This document shows, piece after piece, positions 41,486 to 49,847 of a stretch of DNA of 64,000 nucleotides. The first letter of the stretch is position 1. Each line of letters opens with the position of its first letter. Source of the stretch: Candidatus Adlerbacteria bacterium. Lineage in GTDB: Bacteria > Patescibacteriota > Minisyncoccia > Phycocordibacterales > SBAW01. The DNA lies in NCBI GenBank assembly GCA_963749085.1, contig CAVVLG010000002.1:445863-509862 (forward strand). Reading direction: 5' to 3'. The translations under genes were made by a program, and so were the position numbers. The notes beneath the pieces are model-generated. The model was not told the DNA's origin, ran no database searches, and worked only from the letters and a program-made list of their open reading frames with translations.

Positions 41486-42730
41486 CTATGCAACCGCTTT
41501 TTCATTCCCCTGGCTCCGTTCTTTCCGACCATTAAGTTTGCCGGTTAAGAACCGCTGCACAGTCGCACGCTCGGCGTTGAGACAGTCTCTCCCGATAGCC
41601 TTCCACCACGTCTTAGCGGCTTCGACATATCGAGAAGAAACGTCCAACTCCTGTGACACTGGCGCGACGTTGAAGTGGGAGATGTCTTGTCCCATCTGAT
41701 CCACACCGGCTTGGAGTTCATCCAGCCTGTGATGGATACAGAAAGGCAGACGCCACCAACTATCAGCATCGACTGCCAATGTTTCGTTGACTTGCAGAGA
41801 CTTCGGATAGAAGTAGAGCGGGACTCCGATATCGAGCACGATGGCGTTGTACGTCACCCGTGCCTTCATCAGAGCTTTCCGCGCTGTCTCCTTTCCGAGA
41901 ATCTCAAGCAGCCAAACGAAGTCCGGTGTGGAGTAAGTCCGCAAGAATACGGGCTTCTCCTTCCGAACCGACAAGAGTTGTTCCAATGCAGAGTCGAGCG
42001 CTCGCTTACTTGCTCGCATATGCTCGAGTCCTGGCCTCAACGACATAGTCGTGAGATGCCATTCATCGACGAGGGGCATGACGGTTTCAGCCGTCTCCCG
42101 CACACATGAGTAGTTGAGCGAGGTGAGCGTATAGAGGGAGGTCAGCTTGCCCGTCGGAGTTAAAATCCGTCGCGCATGCTTCATTCCGTCCATCGCCCAC
42201 GTCCAAGCTTGTTTGCTTGAACGCTGTGCATTGTGGATTGCGGGTGTCCCGTCGACCGATACATCAAGTGCATCGACCGCAAGACCTTCCCGCTCACAGA
42301 GCGATAGCAAGGCTGGCTGAGTGTAAGTCCCATTGTTAATGAGAGATACACCAAACCCTGCCTGCTTGATCGCTGCGAGGACTGGCACTTGGGACTTGAG
42401 CAGTTGCCTGCCCTCGTGCACCAAGGTCCGAGGTCCACAGAGTTGCTGAAAGCGCGTCCGCGCCTTCGCACCTCCTGTGAGCTGCCGAAGCATGGAGAGC
42501 ATTGTCTCCACACTTGGCTGTTCGAGTTGGCCTTTCGGCCCCTCGAACGGGAAGATGCAGTGTTGGCACTGCACCGCGCAACCACCGCGTACGATCCAGG
42601 AAAGTAGGGGTGGAATTTCCCGCTGCAATAGCAGAGGGATTTTCTCGCTCCTGTCCTCTCCAAGAATCGCGTGACTCCGCCAGGAGTCGATTGCCGCCGC
42701 GTCGGCGGGTAGCTTGGCCCTTGCTGTCAT
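41486..42730 (-). CDS. radical SAM enzyme
   Basis: CAVQCQHC (CxxxCxxC), INNG, DVSVDG...HN..R; AGGAGG SD. Confidence 0.88.
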   Translation of the reverse strand: MTARAKLPADAAAIDSWRSHAILGEDRSEKIPLLLQREIPPLLSWIVRGGCAVQCQHCIFPFEGPKGQLEQPSVETMLSMLRQLTGGAKARTRFQQLCGPRTLVHEGRQLLKSQVPVLAAIKQAGFGVSLINNGTYTQPALLSLCEREGLAVDALDVSVDGTPAIHNAQRSSKQAWTWAMDGMKHARRILTPTGKLTSLYTLTSLNYSCVRETAETVMPLVDEWHLTTMSLRPGLEHMRASKRALDSALEQLLSVRKEKPVFLRTYSTPDFVWLLEILGKETARKALMKARVTYNAIVLDIGVPLYFYPKSLQVNETLAVDADSWWRLPFCIHHRLDELQAGVDQMGQDISHFNVAPVSQELDVSSRYVEAAKTWWKAIGRDCLNAERATVQRFLTGKLNGRKERSQGNEKAVA

Positions 42731-42894
42731 GGCAGCCTCCTGGGGTTGGGTTGAGGGGGTTTACAAGGTACAGAATAACTGCGCAATATTATGAGTGATT
42801 TAGCAAGAGTAGTCCAAAATCCTGTCTATACTGAGTAATAAAAAGCCTTATTTGTAGGCTTATAAAGATTATAAATAGTTTGTTGTCAAAACTA

Positions 42895-42923
42895 TTGACA
42901 GAAATAGAGTTTGGCCCTATACT
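42895..42923 (+). promoter_or_regulatory. sigma70 promoter, leaderless, for the TrmB gene
   Basis: TTGACA, 17 bp, TATACT, 6 nt, ATG. Confidence 0.75.
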
Positions 42924-42929
42924 GGAGCT

Positions 42930-43667
42930 ATGCCTAATCAAGCAAATACCCTTCAAAAGCTAGGTTTGAGCGATAAAGAAAGCCGGGTTTACCTGGGGAT
43001 TCTCACCCTTGGCCAAGGGTCAGCCAATGCCATAGCGCGTGCCGCAGGGCTAAAACGCCCTACTACTTATGTCGTCCTTGAAGATCTCCGTAAGCGGGGA
43101 CTGGTATTGAAAATGCCCGGTTCTAAAAAACAGATGTTTAGCGCTCGTTCGCCAGAGGAGCTCGTCTATGAAATGAAGAAAAATGTAGCTGAGGCTGAAC
43201 ATGCCCTGCCGGAGTTGATGAACGCATATAGCAGCAACACACCGCATGTTCGCACGATTCACTTCGAAGGCTTGGCGGGTATGCGGGAGGCATTGTGGTA
43301 TCGCATCGAAACACTCAAGGATAAAGAAATAACTGCTTTCTACGGCAGCGCGGAGGAGGCAAGCCCCGAGCTTGTTGCTCTGTTCCATGAATGGAATGAA
43401 AAGCTTGCCAAGCAGGGTACTAAAGTTAAATCGCTCGTACCAGATAATAAGAGCTTGAAAGAATTTAGAGAGAAAGATTTGGCCTATGGTTTTTTGCCTA
43501 AAATCCTTCCTGCCTCAATGTATACATCGGAGGTATCTATAGACATAACGGATAACTTCGTACGTATTCTCATGTTTCAAGAACAGCAGGCGACTATAAT
43601 TGAAAACCCGAAAGTTGCTAAAGCCATGCGCGAAATATTTGAAATCATATGGGAAGGCAAAAAGTAA
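42930..43667 (+). CDS. TrmB family transcriptional regulator
   Basis: LGLSDKESRVYL...IARAAGLKRPTTYVVLEDL..RGLV; C-terminal PLD-like effector domain. Confidence 0.88.
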   Translation: MPNQANTLQKLGLSDKESRVYLGILTLGQGSANAIARAAGLKRPTTYVVLEDLRKRGLVLKMPGSKKQMFSARSPEELVYEMKKNVAEAEHALPELMNAYSSNTPHVRTIHFEGLAGMREALWYRIETLKDKEITAFYGSAEEASPELVALFHEWNEKLAKQGTKVKSLVPDNKSLKEFREKDLAYGFLPKILPASMYTSEVSIDITDNFVRILMFQEQQATIIENPKVAKAMREIFEIIWEGKK

Positions 43668-43735
43668 ATTGCTTCAAGGTTCGATTCCCGTCACCCCATC
43701 GTCAAAACGACGCCTTAAACAAAGGCTCGAAAAAT

Positions 43736-43810
43736 CTGGGCGCCGTAGTCGAGGACGTTAGAACCGTGTTTGAGAGGAGGAATGATACGACGATTTATAT
43801 TCCTGCGTTC
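43736..43810 (+). repeat. 75-bp direct repeat, copy 1 (att-like)
   Basis: 71/75 identical to 45078-45152; begins CTGGGCG like the reverse complement of the tRNA-His 3' end. Confidence 0.9.
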
Positions 43811-43862
43811 CTACCTATCCCATGACTCACTAAATCTAAGATAATGCCGCCTTGGAGGGCGG

Positions 43863-44468
43863 CTAGTTGAACTGTATTCTTGGGCTTTTGAAAGTGAATG
43901 GACTCTCGTTCTTTGCTCCTCTGAAAACGACGAAATGAAGATGGTCACGGTCAGTCCACCCGGTCTTACCAACAATGGCGATTTGCTGGCCGCATTTCAC
44001 TAAACTCCCCACCGCAATCCCGCTCTCTTTTACTGACTGTGAAGCAAGATGACAGTACTGACTGAATTCGCCGTTCACATGTGCAATAGTGGTGTAGTTC
44101 AGCATGTCACGATATTCGCTCGTTGGCCCCCACTGAGTGGAATGCTCCTGTACCTCAACAACTTTTCCGTCTAGAGCGGCGAGCACAGGAGTTCCATCGG
44201 GCACGAGGAAGTCGATTGCCCAGCGGAATGGGCCGAGGTGCGACTGTGGACTCTTTGCGCAGACGAAACAATCCAGCTCATATGTCTCATCGATAGGATT
44301 TCCTGTGGCGAGCCGCCAACCTTCTTTTTTTGCTTTGACCGGTTCTATCGAGAGAGGATAGGCATATTTATTTCTGCTTTTCTCCTCATCCCACAAAGAA
44401 CTGCCAGCCCAACGTTGGAATTCTTCCATTTCGAAGCTCCTGAATTTGCCGCGTGAAGTTGCGTTCAT
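43863..44468 (-). CDS. M23 family peptidase
   Basis: H.....AIDF..P.GTPVLAA.DG.V, Y.HL, G.TG....HLHF. Confidence 0.9.
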   Translation of the reverse strand: MNATSRGKFRSFEMEEFQRWAGSSLWDEEKSRNKYAYPLSIEPVKAKKEGWRLATGNPIDETYELDCFVCAKSPQSHLGPFRWAIDFLVPDGTPVLAALDGKVVEVQEHSTQWGPTSEYRDMLNYTTIAHVNGEFSQYCHLASQSVKESGIAVGSLVKCGQQIAIVGKTGWTDRDHLHFVVFRGAKNESPFTFKSPRIQFN

Positions 44469-44528
44469 CTTGAGACTACAACAGCTTATTAAGCTAAAAG
44501 GTTAACTCGCTTGTCAGGTCCAATTTCA

Positions 44529-45008
44529 TTATTTTTCTATTTGCTCCGTATATACAGGGATACTTTTAGTAATAGCGTCTAGGGATGCGCGAATACGGTA
44601 ACTCAATCGAGGTCGTAAAAGCTTGAGTGCTTCTTCTATTGAACAAAATTTATACTCCTCAAGTTCTTCCTTCTGCAAAATAATTTTTGAAGTCTGCCCT
44701 TCTGTCAGAATACCGCCATAGAAGGTGCACTGGATGGAATCATATAATTCGCCTTCATCAGAAAGATTACGATTGTACTGGATACCCAAGAACTTCAATT
44801 CAGGTATATCAAGCCCTATTTCTTCTTTGATTTCACGAACACAGCCTTCCAATGGAGATTCAAGGGCTTCTATTGAACCACCAGGCACAAGCCAACCGCT
44901 TTGATAGCTCGGCTTAACAATTAACAGTTCTTTCTTATCATTGAAGAATATGGCTGCGGAACCTATGAGCTTTTTCGGACGTGATTTTATGTAATCGATT
45001 TTTGCCAT
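44529..45008 (-). CDS. NUDIX hydrolase
   Basis: PGGSIEALESPLEGCVREIKEEIG Nudix box. Confidence 0.92.
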   Translation of the reverse strand: MAKIDYIKSRPKKLIGSAAIFFNDKKELLIVKPSYQSGWLVPGGSIEALESPLEGCVREIKEEIGLDIPELKFLGIQYNRNLSDEGELYDSIQCTFYGGILTEGQTSKIILQKEELEEYKFCSIEEALKLLRPRLSYRIRASLDAITKSIPVYTEQIEK

Positions 45009-45077
45009 ATTGAAAAGTATACCAAGTTCGAACTGAAAAGCCCTTACATGGTAAAGGATTTTTAACTAAAAGTATCG

Positions 45078-45152
45078 CTGGGCGCCGTAGTCGAGGACGT
45101 TAGAACTGTGTTTGAGAGGAAGAATGATACGACGATTTACATTCCTGTGTTC
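45078..45152 (+). repeat. 75-bp direct repeat, copy 2 (att-like)
   Basis: 71/75 identical to 43736-43810. Confidence 0.9.
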
Positions 45153-45157
45153 GAATC

Positions 45158-45847
45158 TCACTCATCAAATACCACGAGCGTACTGGTGTCCAAATTGTAT
45201 TGAGCCCCGCCGTAAAGATTTGCATCTTCTTTTTGAGGTAGGATTTTCTTTTTCCATTGGTAGATGTCTGAGAGAAGAGGCTCCCCTGGGTAAGCGATGA
45301 GACGCCAAGCATCCGTGCGGACAAGCGTTCTCGGTAGCTCGACCAGCTTCTGTCTTAAGATGTGAGCCACTGCTATTTCTTCTACCAGGAAATTAGCATT
45401 TGCCTCAGTGGGCTCTCTCCCGTCAGCGTCTTTGGATAGACTATCCTTAAATGTCGCGTCCTCTGCCTCAAGCTTTTTTAAGAGGTCGAAGCATTCCTTG
45501 AATTGAGGGGAGTTTACCATCACATAGTCTATGGGTAGATAGTGAATGGCGTTGGGGATGAACTGTTTCCTGCTTTCAATCAGATGACGTAAGGCGGAGA
45601 CGTGATTGAGTATCTGCTGATTGGTTTTCTTCCTGTTTTCAGAAGATACTTCATCGGAGTTGAAATAGAGACCATTGGTGTACAGAAAGACCACATCATT
45701 GGAGAACGTTTCTATCTTTTGTAGAAACTTGCTCAACACTTCATAACAAAACTGGGGTGTCTGGCCTTTTGCTAAACGGCTCATGGAAAGGGGTAAAATG
45801 AGATAGCCGTCTTCTTGAATCCTGTTGATATCGAATCCCGATTTCAT
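45158..45847 (-). CDS. hypothetical protein, cyclodipeptide-synthase-like
   Basis: 229 aa; LILPLSM, FLVEEIA and IAYPG resemble the CDPS Ser, YxxxE and YP motifs. Confidence 0.45.
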   Translation of the reverse strand: MKSGFDINRIQEDGYLILPLSMSRLAKGQTPQFCYEVLSKFLQKIETFSNDVVFLYTNGLYFNSDEVSSENRKKTNQQILNHVSALRHLIESRKQFIPNAIHYLPIDYVMVNSPQFKECFDLLKKLEAEDATFKDSLSKDADGREPTEANANFLVEEIAVAHILRQKLVELPRTLVRTDAWRLIAYPGEPLLSDIYQWKKKILPQKEDANLYGGAQYNLDTSTLVVFDE

Positions 45848-45942
45848 TGCTTGAAATTATATCTTACTTCTTGAGAGCGGCGCCCAGTTCTAATTTTCAC
45901 TAGGGTAGTAAAATCACCCTTGAAAAATAAAGTCCAAAAACC

Positions 45943-46017
45943 TGGGCGGCTACAGGGAATCGAACCCTGATCGAGAGCTCCACAAGCTCCAGTGTTAACC
46001 GTTACACCATAGCCGCC
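45943..46017 (-). tRNA. tRNA-His(GTG)
   Basis: G-1 GCGGCTA acceptor stem, anticodon loop TTGTGGA, T-loop GGTTCGATTCC. Confidence 0.95.
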
Positions 46018-46044
46018 ATACACTGACTCGCACGTTATAGCATT

Positions 46045-47091
46045 TTAGGGGTGAAAAAAGAAGGCGAAACCGATGATGGCGTAGGCGCCGAGGAGTTGTA
46101 CGCCTTCAAGCCAGTTGCTCTCGCCGTCGGCGATAATAAGATTTAGTATGAGCACGGACAGGACGATTGAAACAAGTTCGAAGGTGTTAAAAATAAGGTT
46201 CATTGGTTGATGCAACACCAATCCCGCGAGCACCAAGACGGGCGCTACGACCATTGCTATTTGTGTTGCCGAGCCGATAGCAATCTGAAGTGAAAGATCC
46301 ATACGATTTTTTCGCGCTACAATGACCGCCGATAGATTCTCAGCGGCATTACCAATAATAGCCAGGAAGATAACGCCTACAAAAAGCTCTGACCATCCGA
46401 GCGTGGCAACCAAAGGCTGTATGGAATTCACCAATAACTCGCTTATCCATGCGACTACGAGCGTTGCGACACACAATGTAAGCAGACTGCGCGAGATACT
46501 CCAACGTGGTTCAAACTTTCCTGCCTCCTCCATATAGAGGTGCTTGTGCGTGTGGAGGGAAAAAAAGAGGCTGGCAGCATAGAGTGCTAAAAGTGCGAAC
46601 GACACCCACACGCTCAGATATTCAACGACGCTATTGCTAAGTAGAGGCACGCTTTGCGATAAAATCGCAGGCATGACGAGCGCTATGACGGCGATAAAAA
46701 GCGTCGAGCCACCAATAAGTACGGCAGTCTTGTTGAACATCTGCTTCTCGCGCGACCATCCTCCCGCGAGCATCGAGAGTCCGAGTACCAAAAGCAAATT
46801 GCCGATGATCGAACCGGTGATGGACGCTTTGACCACTTCAATGAGTCCGGCGCGTAGCGCAAAAAAACCGATAATAAGTTCTGTCGCATTGCCAAAGGTT
46901 GCTGAGAGAAGTTCGCCTACGGCAGGCGACGTGCGTGTTGCGAGTTCCTCAGTCGATTCGCCGATGAATTTGGCAAGCGGCACGATGGCGAGCGCACAGA
47001 GAAAAAACACAATGGTTGGCGATACACCAAGCACCTGCGCCACAATGGCGACTGGCACGAAAATAAGCAGGATGAGAAAAAATTTATCCAT
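46045..47091 (-). CDS. Ca2+/H+ antiporter (CAX), copy 1
   Basis: ATFGNATELI, GSIIGNLLLVLG, GNAAEN, GSATQIA, DGESNWLEG. Confidence 0.93.
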   Translation of the reverse strand: MDKFFLILLIFVPVAIVAQVLGVSPTIVFFLCALAIVPLAKFIGESTEELATRTSPAVGELLSATFGNATELIIGFFALRAGLIEVVKASITGSIIGNLLLVLGLSMLAGGWSREKQMFNKTAVLIGGSTLFIAVIALVMPAILSQSVPLLSNSVVEYLSVWVSFALLALYAASLFFSLHTHKHLYMEEAGKFEPRWSISRSLLTLCVATLVVAWISELLVNSIQPLVATLGWSELFVGVIFLAIIGNAAENLSAVIVARKNRMDLSLQIAIGSATQIAMVVAPVLVLAGLVLHQPMNLIFNTFELVSIVLSVLILNLIIADGESNWLEGVQLLGAYAIIGFAFFFHP

Positions 47092-47393
47092 TAGTTCAGG
47101 TTTGAGTGCATTTCAAATACGTGTTGGGTTGGGTTGTGTTCGGCATGAAAGACTGTGGTGTGAATTTTATCGCCTCGCATTTCATAAAGCGGATGGGCAC
47201 TTTTACCTTCGGGATGAAATTCAGTCGCATACCACTTGCCGTCATGCACGCTGTAGAGCGGCTTGTCGGCAGAAGCGGTGTGGTTGAAGCGAGTCGCATA
47301 GACCTGACCTCCCCTCAGTTCATACTGCGGCCGCATAGAGTGAACTTCACCCGCATGACCATAGTGAGCCTGATGAATATACTGGGTATCCAT
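47091..47393 (-). CDS. His-rich small repeat protein, copy 1
   Basis: Three YxxxxxxxxxTxF repeats; stop overlaps CAX start (TAATG). Confidence 0.75.
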   Translation of the reverse strand: MDTQYIHQAHYGHAGEVHSMRPQYELRGGQVYATRFNHTASADKPLYSVHDGKWYATEFHPEGKSAHPLYEMRGDKIHTTVFHAEHNPTQHVFEMHSNLN

Positions 47394-47562
47394 TGTCCAT
47401 ATTTTACACCCAAATAATAGTATGGATCACACTGCGGGGTTAGAACCCCACACATGGACGGTACAAAGCGGGGCTGGAACTTGTCCCCAATAGAAAACGA
47501 CGCAGAATAGCTGGATAAATCGCGACAAAAATTGGAAGCAAGCTCTGAACTTTTTTGGGGGA

Positions 47563-48156
47563 TTACGGGGTCAATATATTGCCAGGAGTCGGCGGCAGAA
47601 GCGGTTGGTTGAGTACATAGATGATACCGTTGCTCGCTTTGTATTCCTCCAGTGCAAACGAGCTATTGACCTCGACTAAGCCGTTGGGCTGGACCTTAAA
47701 GTTGAGCTCGTCACCGGAGAGCGCCTTAACCGAGCCATTGTTGGTGGCATCGATATCAAGTGCCTTGCCGGAAACAATGCTGTACTGGATCAGCCGTTTT
47801 TGCTCGGCGGCGGTCATATTGCTGATAGTACCCGGCTTCAAAAGTGCATATCCTGCGTCGGTTGAAACGAACACTGTATAAGGACCGCGAGCGCCGAGGG
47901 TGGCGCCCACACCCGTGCTGTTGAACAAACTCGTATACGTCGAGACACCGGGAAGGCTTGCCAAAACCTCTGCTATGCTGCTGGAGGTTTGATTCACAAC
48001 GGTCACTTGGTCAGTGGCGCCGGTAGTCGTGGTTGTCTCAGTAGTCGCCTGGGTTGGTGCGGATGTATTTGACTGGTCAATCCACCACCAGATGCCCGCG
48101 ATTACGACGAGGACAAGTACGATGACTACTACCCAAACCCATGTATTATTTTTCAT
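47563..48156 (-). CDS. fasciclin (FAS1) domain membrane-anchored protein
   Basis: GPYTVF..TD, ASNGIIYVLNQPLLP. Confidence 0.88.
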   Translation of the reverse strand: MKNNTWVWVVVIVLVLVVIAGIWWWIDQSNTSAPTQATTETTTTTGATDQVTVVNQTSSSIAEVLASLPGVSTYTSLFNSTGVGATLGARGPYTVFVSTDAGYALLKPGTISNMTAAEQKRLIQYSIVSGKALDIDATNNGSVKALSGDELNFKVQPNGLVEVNSSFALEEYKASNGIIYVLNQPLLPPTPGNILTP

Positions 48157-48238
48157 ATATATATTATTTAAATCTTCATCAAACTAACGCACGTAGCTTA
48201 CGACTCTCTTCATGAAAAGCAAGTGAAGATTTGAAGTA

Positions 48239-49085
48239 GAACCAATCTCAAAAATACCGTTGTAGACTAAAGGCACAGGGCGTTACCCGTAATTTGCCTG
48301 CCCATGCCTCTCACCAACGAGCAGTGGAGCGTCATCGCTCCGTTTGTCACACCCCTCAAGCGTTTGGAAACCCGCGGCCGTCCCCGGCAGGACGACCGCA
48401 AGATACTGGAAGGTATCCTCTGGGCACTGAAGACCGGCGCCCAGTGGAAGCACCTGCCGAAAGACTACCCGCCCTACCAGACCTGCCATCGCAGGTTCCA
48501 GCAGTGGGTGGAGAGCGGCGCCTTTGACCGCATCGTCGAAGCCCTGGCCATGGACATGGAATACCGGGGGCGCATCAAGCTCAGGAGCTGCTTTCTCGAT
48601 GCCACCTTCGCGGGGGCAAAAAAGGGGGTCTTGGCGTGGGACCCACGAAGCGTGGGAAAGGCACCAAGATCATGGCGATTGCGGACGAAGGCTCTCTTCC
48701 AGTCGCCGTCTATGTGGCCTCTGCTTCTCCGAGCGAAGTCCGGTTGGTTGAAGACACGCTTGCCCGGCGATTTACCCGACAGAATCCGCTTCGCCTCACG
48801 GCTGACCGAGCATATGATTCCGATCCGCTGGATGGAACGCTCCTGAACAAATACCGCATCAAACTCATTTCACCGCATCGCAGAGGCCGGGTGCGCAGAG
48901 CAACACAGGACGGCAGGGCGCTGCGCTCCTACAAGCGCCGGTGGAAGATTGAGCGGCTGTTCGCGTGGATGCACAACTGGAGAAAGCTCGTGACTCGCTA
49001 CGAATACAAACTGCAGAACTTTGCCGCCTTCGTGAAGCTCGCGTGCATCATGCTATTACTCAAACATTATTTTTGAGACTGGTTC
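48239..49085 (+). mobile_element. IS5-family element (two-ORF, IS427-like), copy 1
   Basis: TIRs GAACCAATCTCAAAAATA / TATTTTTGAGACTGGTTC; TA duplication; transposase ORFs 48304-48846 and 48636-49076. Confidence 0.93.
48304..49076 (+). CDS. IS5 transposase via -1 frameshift
   Basis: LTNEQW...GRP...TGAQW..LP; ADRAYD; RWKIER.FAW; slippery AAAAAAG at 48618-48624. Confidence 0.88.
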
Positions 49086-49286
49086 TAGTCTTAATTTTGT
49101 TGACACATAGCGAAATAAACAACCTGAGACGTGCCCATGGTTGTTTATTTTCAAAACGTCCGACTCAGTGAAGCCTTCAAAAAAATAATGACTTTTCTGC
49201 CGGTGCGGAACATACGGCGGAGTCAGAACTCCGCATACGGGCAGTATACCTCTCGCAAAAGAAGAGGCCGTCTTTTTAGAGGCGGC

Positions 49287-49625
49287 CTAAGAATCGGGAC
49301 TGGAATCAAGTTCATCTAGTTGGGCAAGTTTCCGATATAGCGTCGATCGCCCTATGCCAAGTCTTCGGGCGACTTTGGTCATTTTGCCCTCATAGAACCT
49401 GATTGCGAAGCGAATGATTTTCAGCTCGATTTCTGCCAGAGTATAGATTTCACCCGCCTTATTGATTAACCTTATCCGGTCAACATCGATGTCAGCTTGA
49501 GCGATGTCATCGGGTGCCGGGCGGACTTCGTTCCCGTACGCATTACGCCGAGGTTTTACGCTTGAACTTTTCTTACCTGCTGTCTCGCCTCGCATGGCAA
49601 GTCTAGCGTCTGCTGTTGCACCCAT
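49287..49625 (-). CDS. Fis-type HTH protein
   Basis: TLAEIE..IIR.A......MTKVARRLGIGRSTLYRKL. Confidence 0.82.
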   Translation of the reverse strand: MGATADARLAMRGETAGKKSSSVKPRRNAYGNEVRPAPDDIAQADIDVDRIRLINKAGEIYTLAEIELKIIRFAIRFYEGKMTKVARRLGIGRSTLYRKLAQLDELDSSPDS

Positions 49626-49847
49626 GGCACGTGGTCCTCAAAAGTTATCCGGAATGGATATTACAGCGTATTTATTCAGAAGTCATTAGCTGGGAGCGTG
49701 GGACGATATTGGAACTTTGCTCAATAAAAACCTTATTGCTCCGTCCGACCATTCATACTAAGATACCATTCGGAGTTGCTTGAAAAGCTCGGTTATATGC
49801 CGTGCACCCGATAGACTCGGGTTCTGTAGGCACTCCAGGAGAACAAA

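Noticed and set aside
41281-41535. ORFs 41281-41532 (-) and 41320-41535 (+) as extra RiPP genes
   Set aside because: No recognisable motif; they overlap the rSAM 3' end and hairpin-rich leader, so they cannot be supported
43678-43698. tRNA gene on the + strand
   Set aside because: Only a T-arm/acceptor-like fragment (GGTTCGATTCCCGTCACCCCA); no D or anticodon arm; treated as part of the att-like arm
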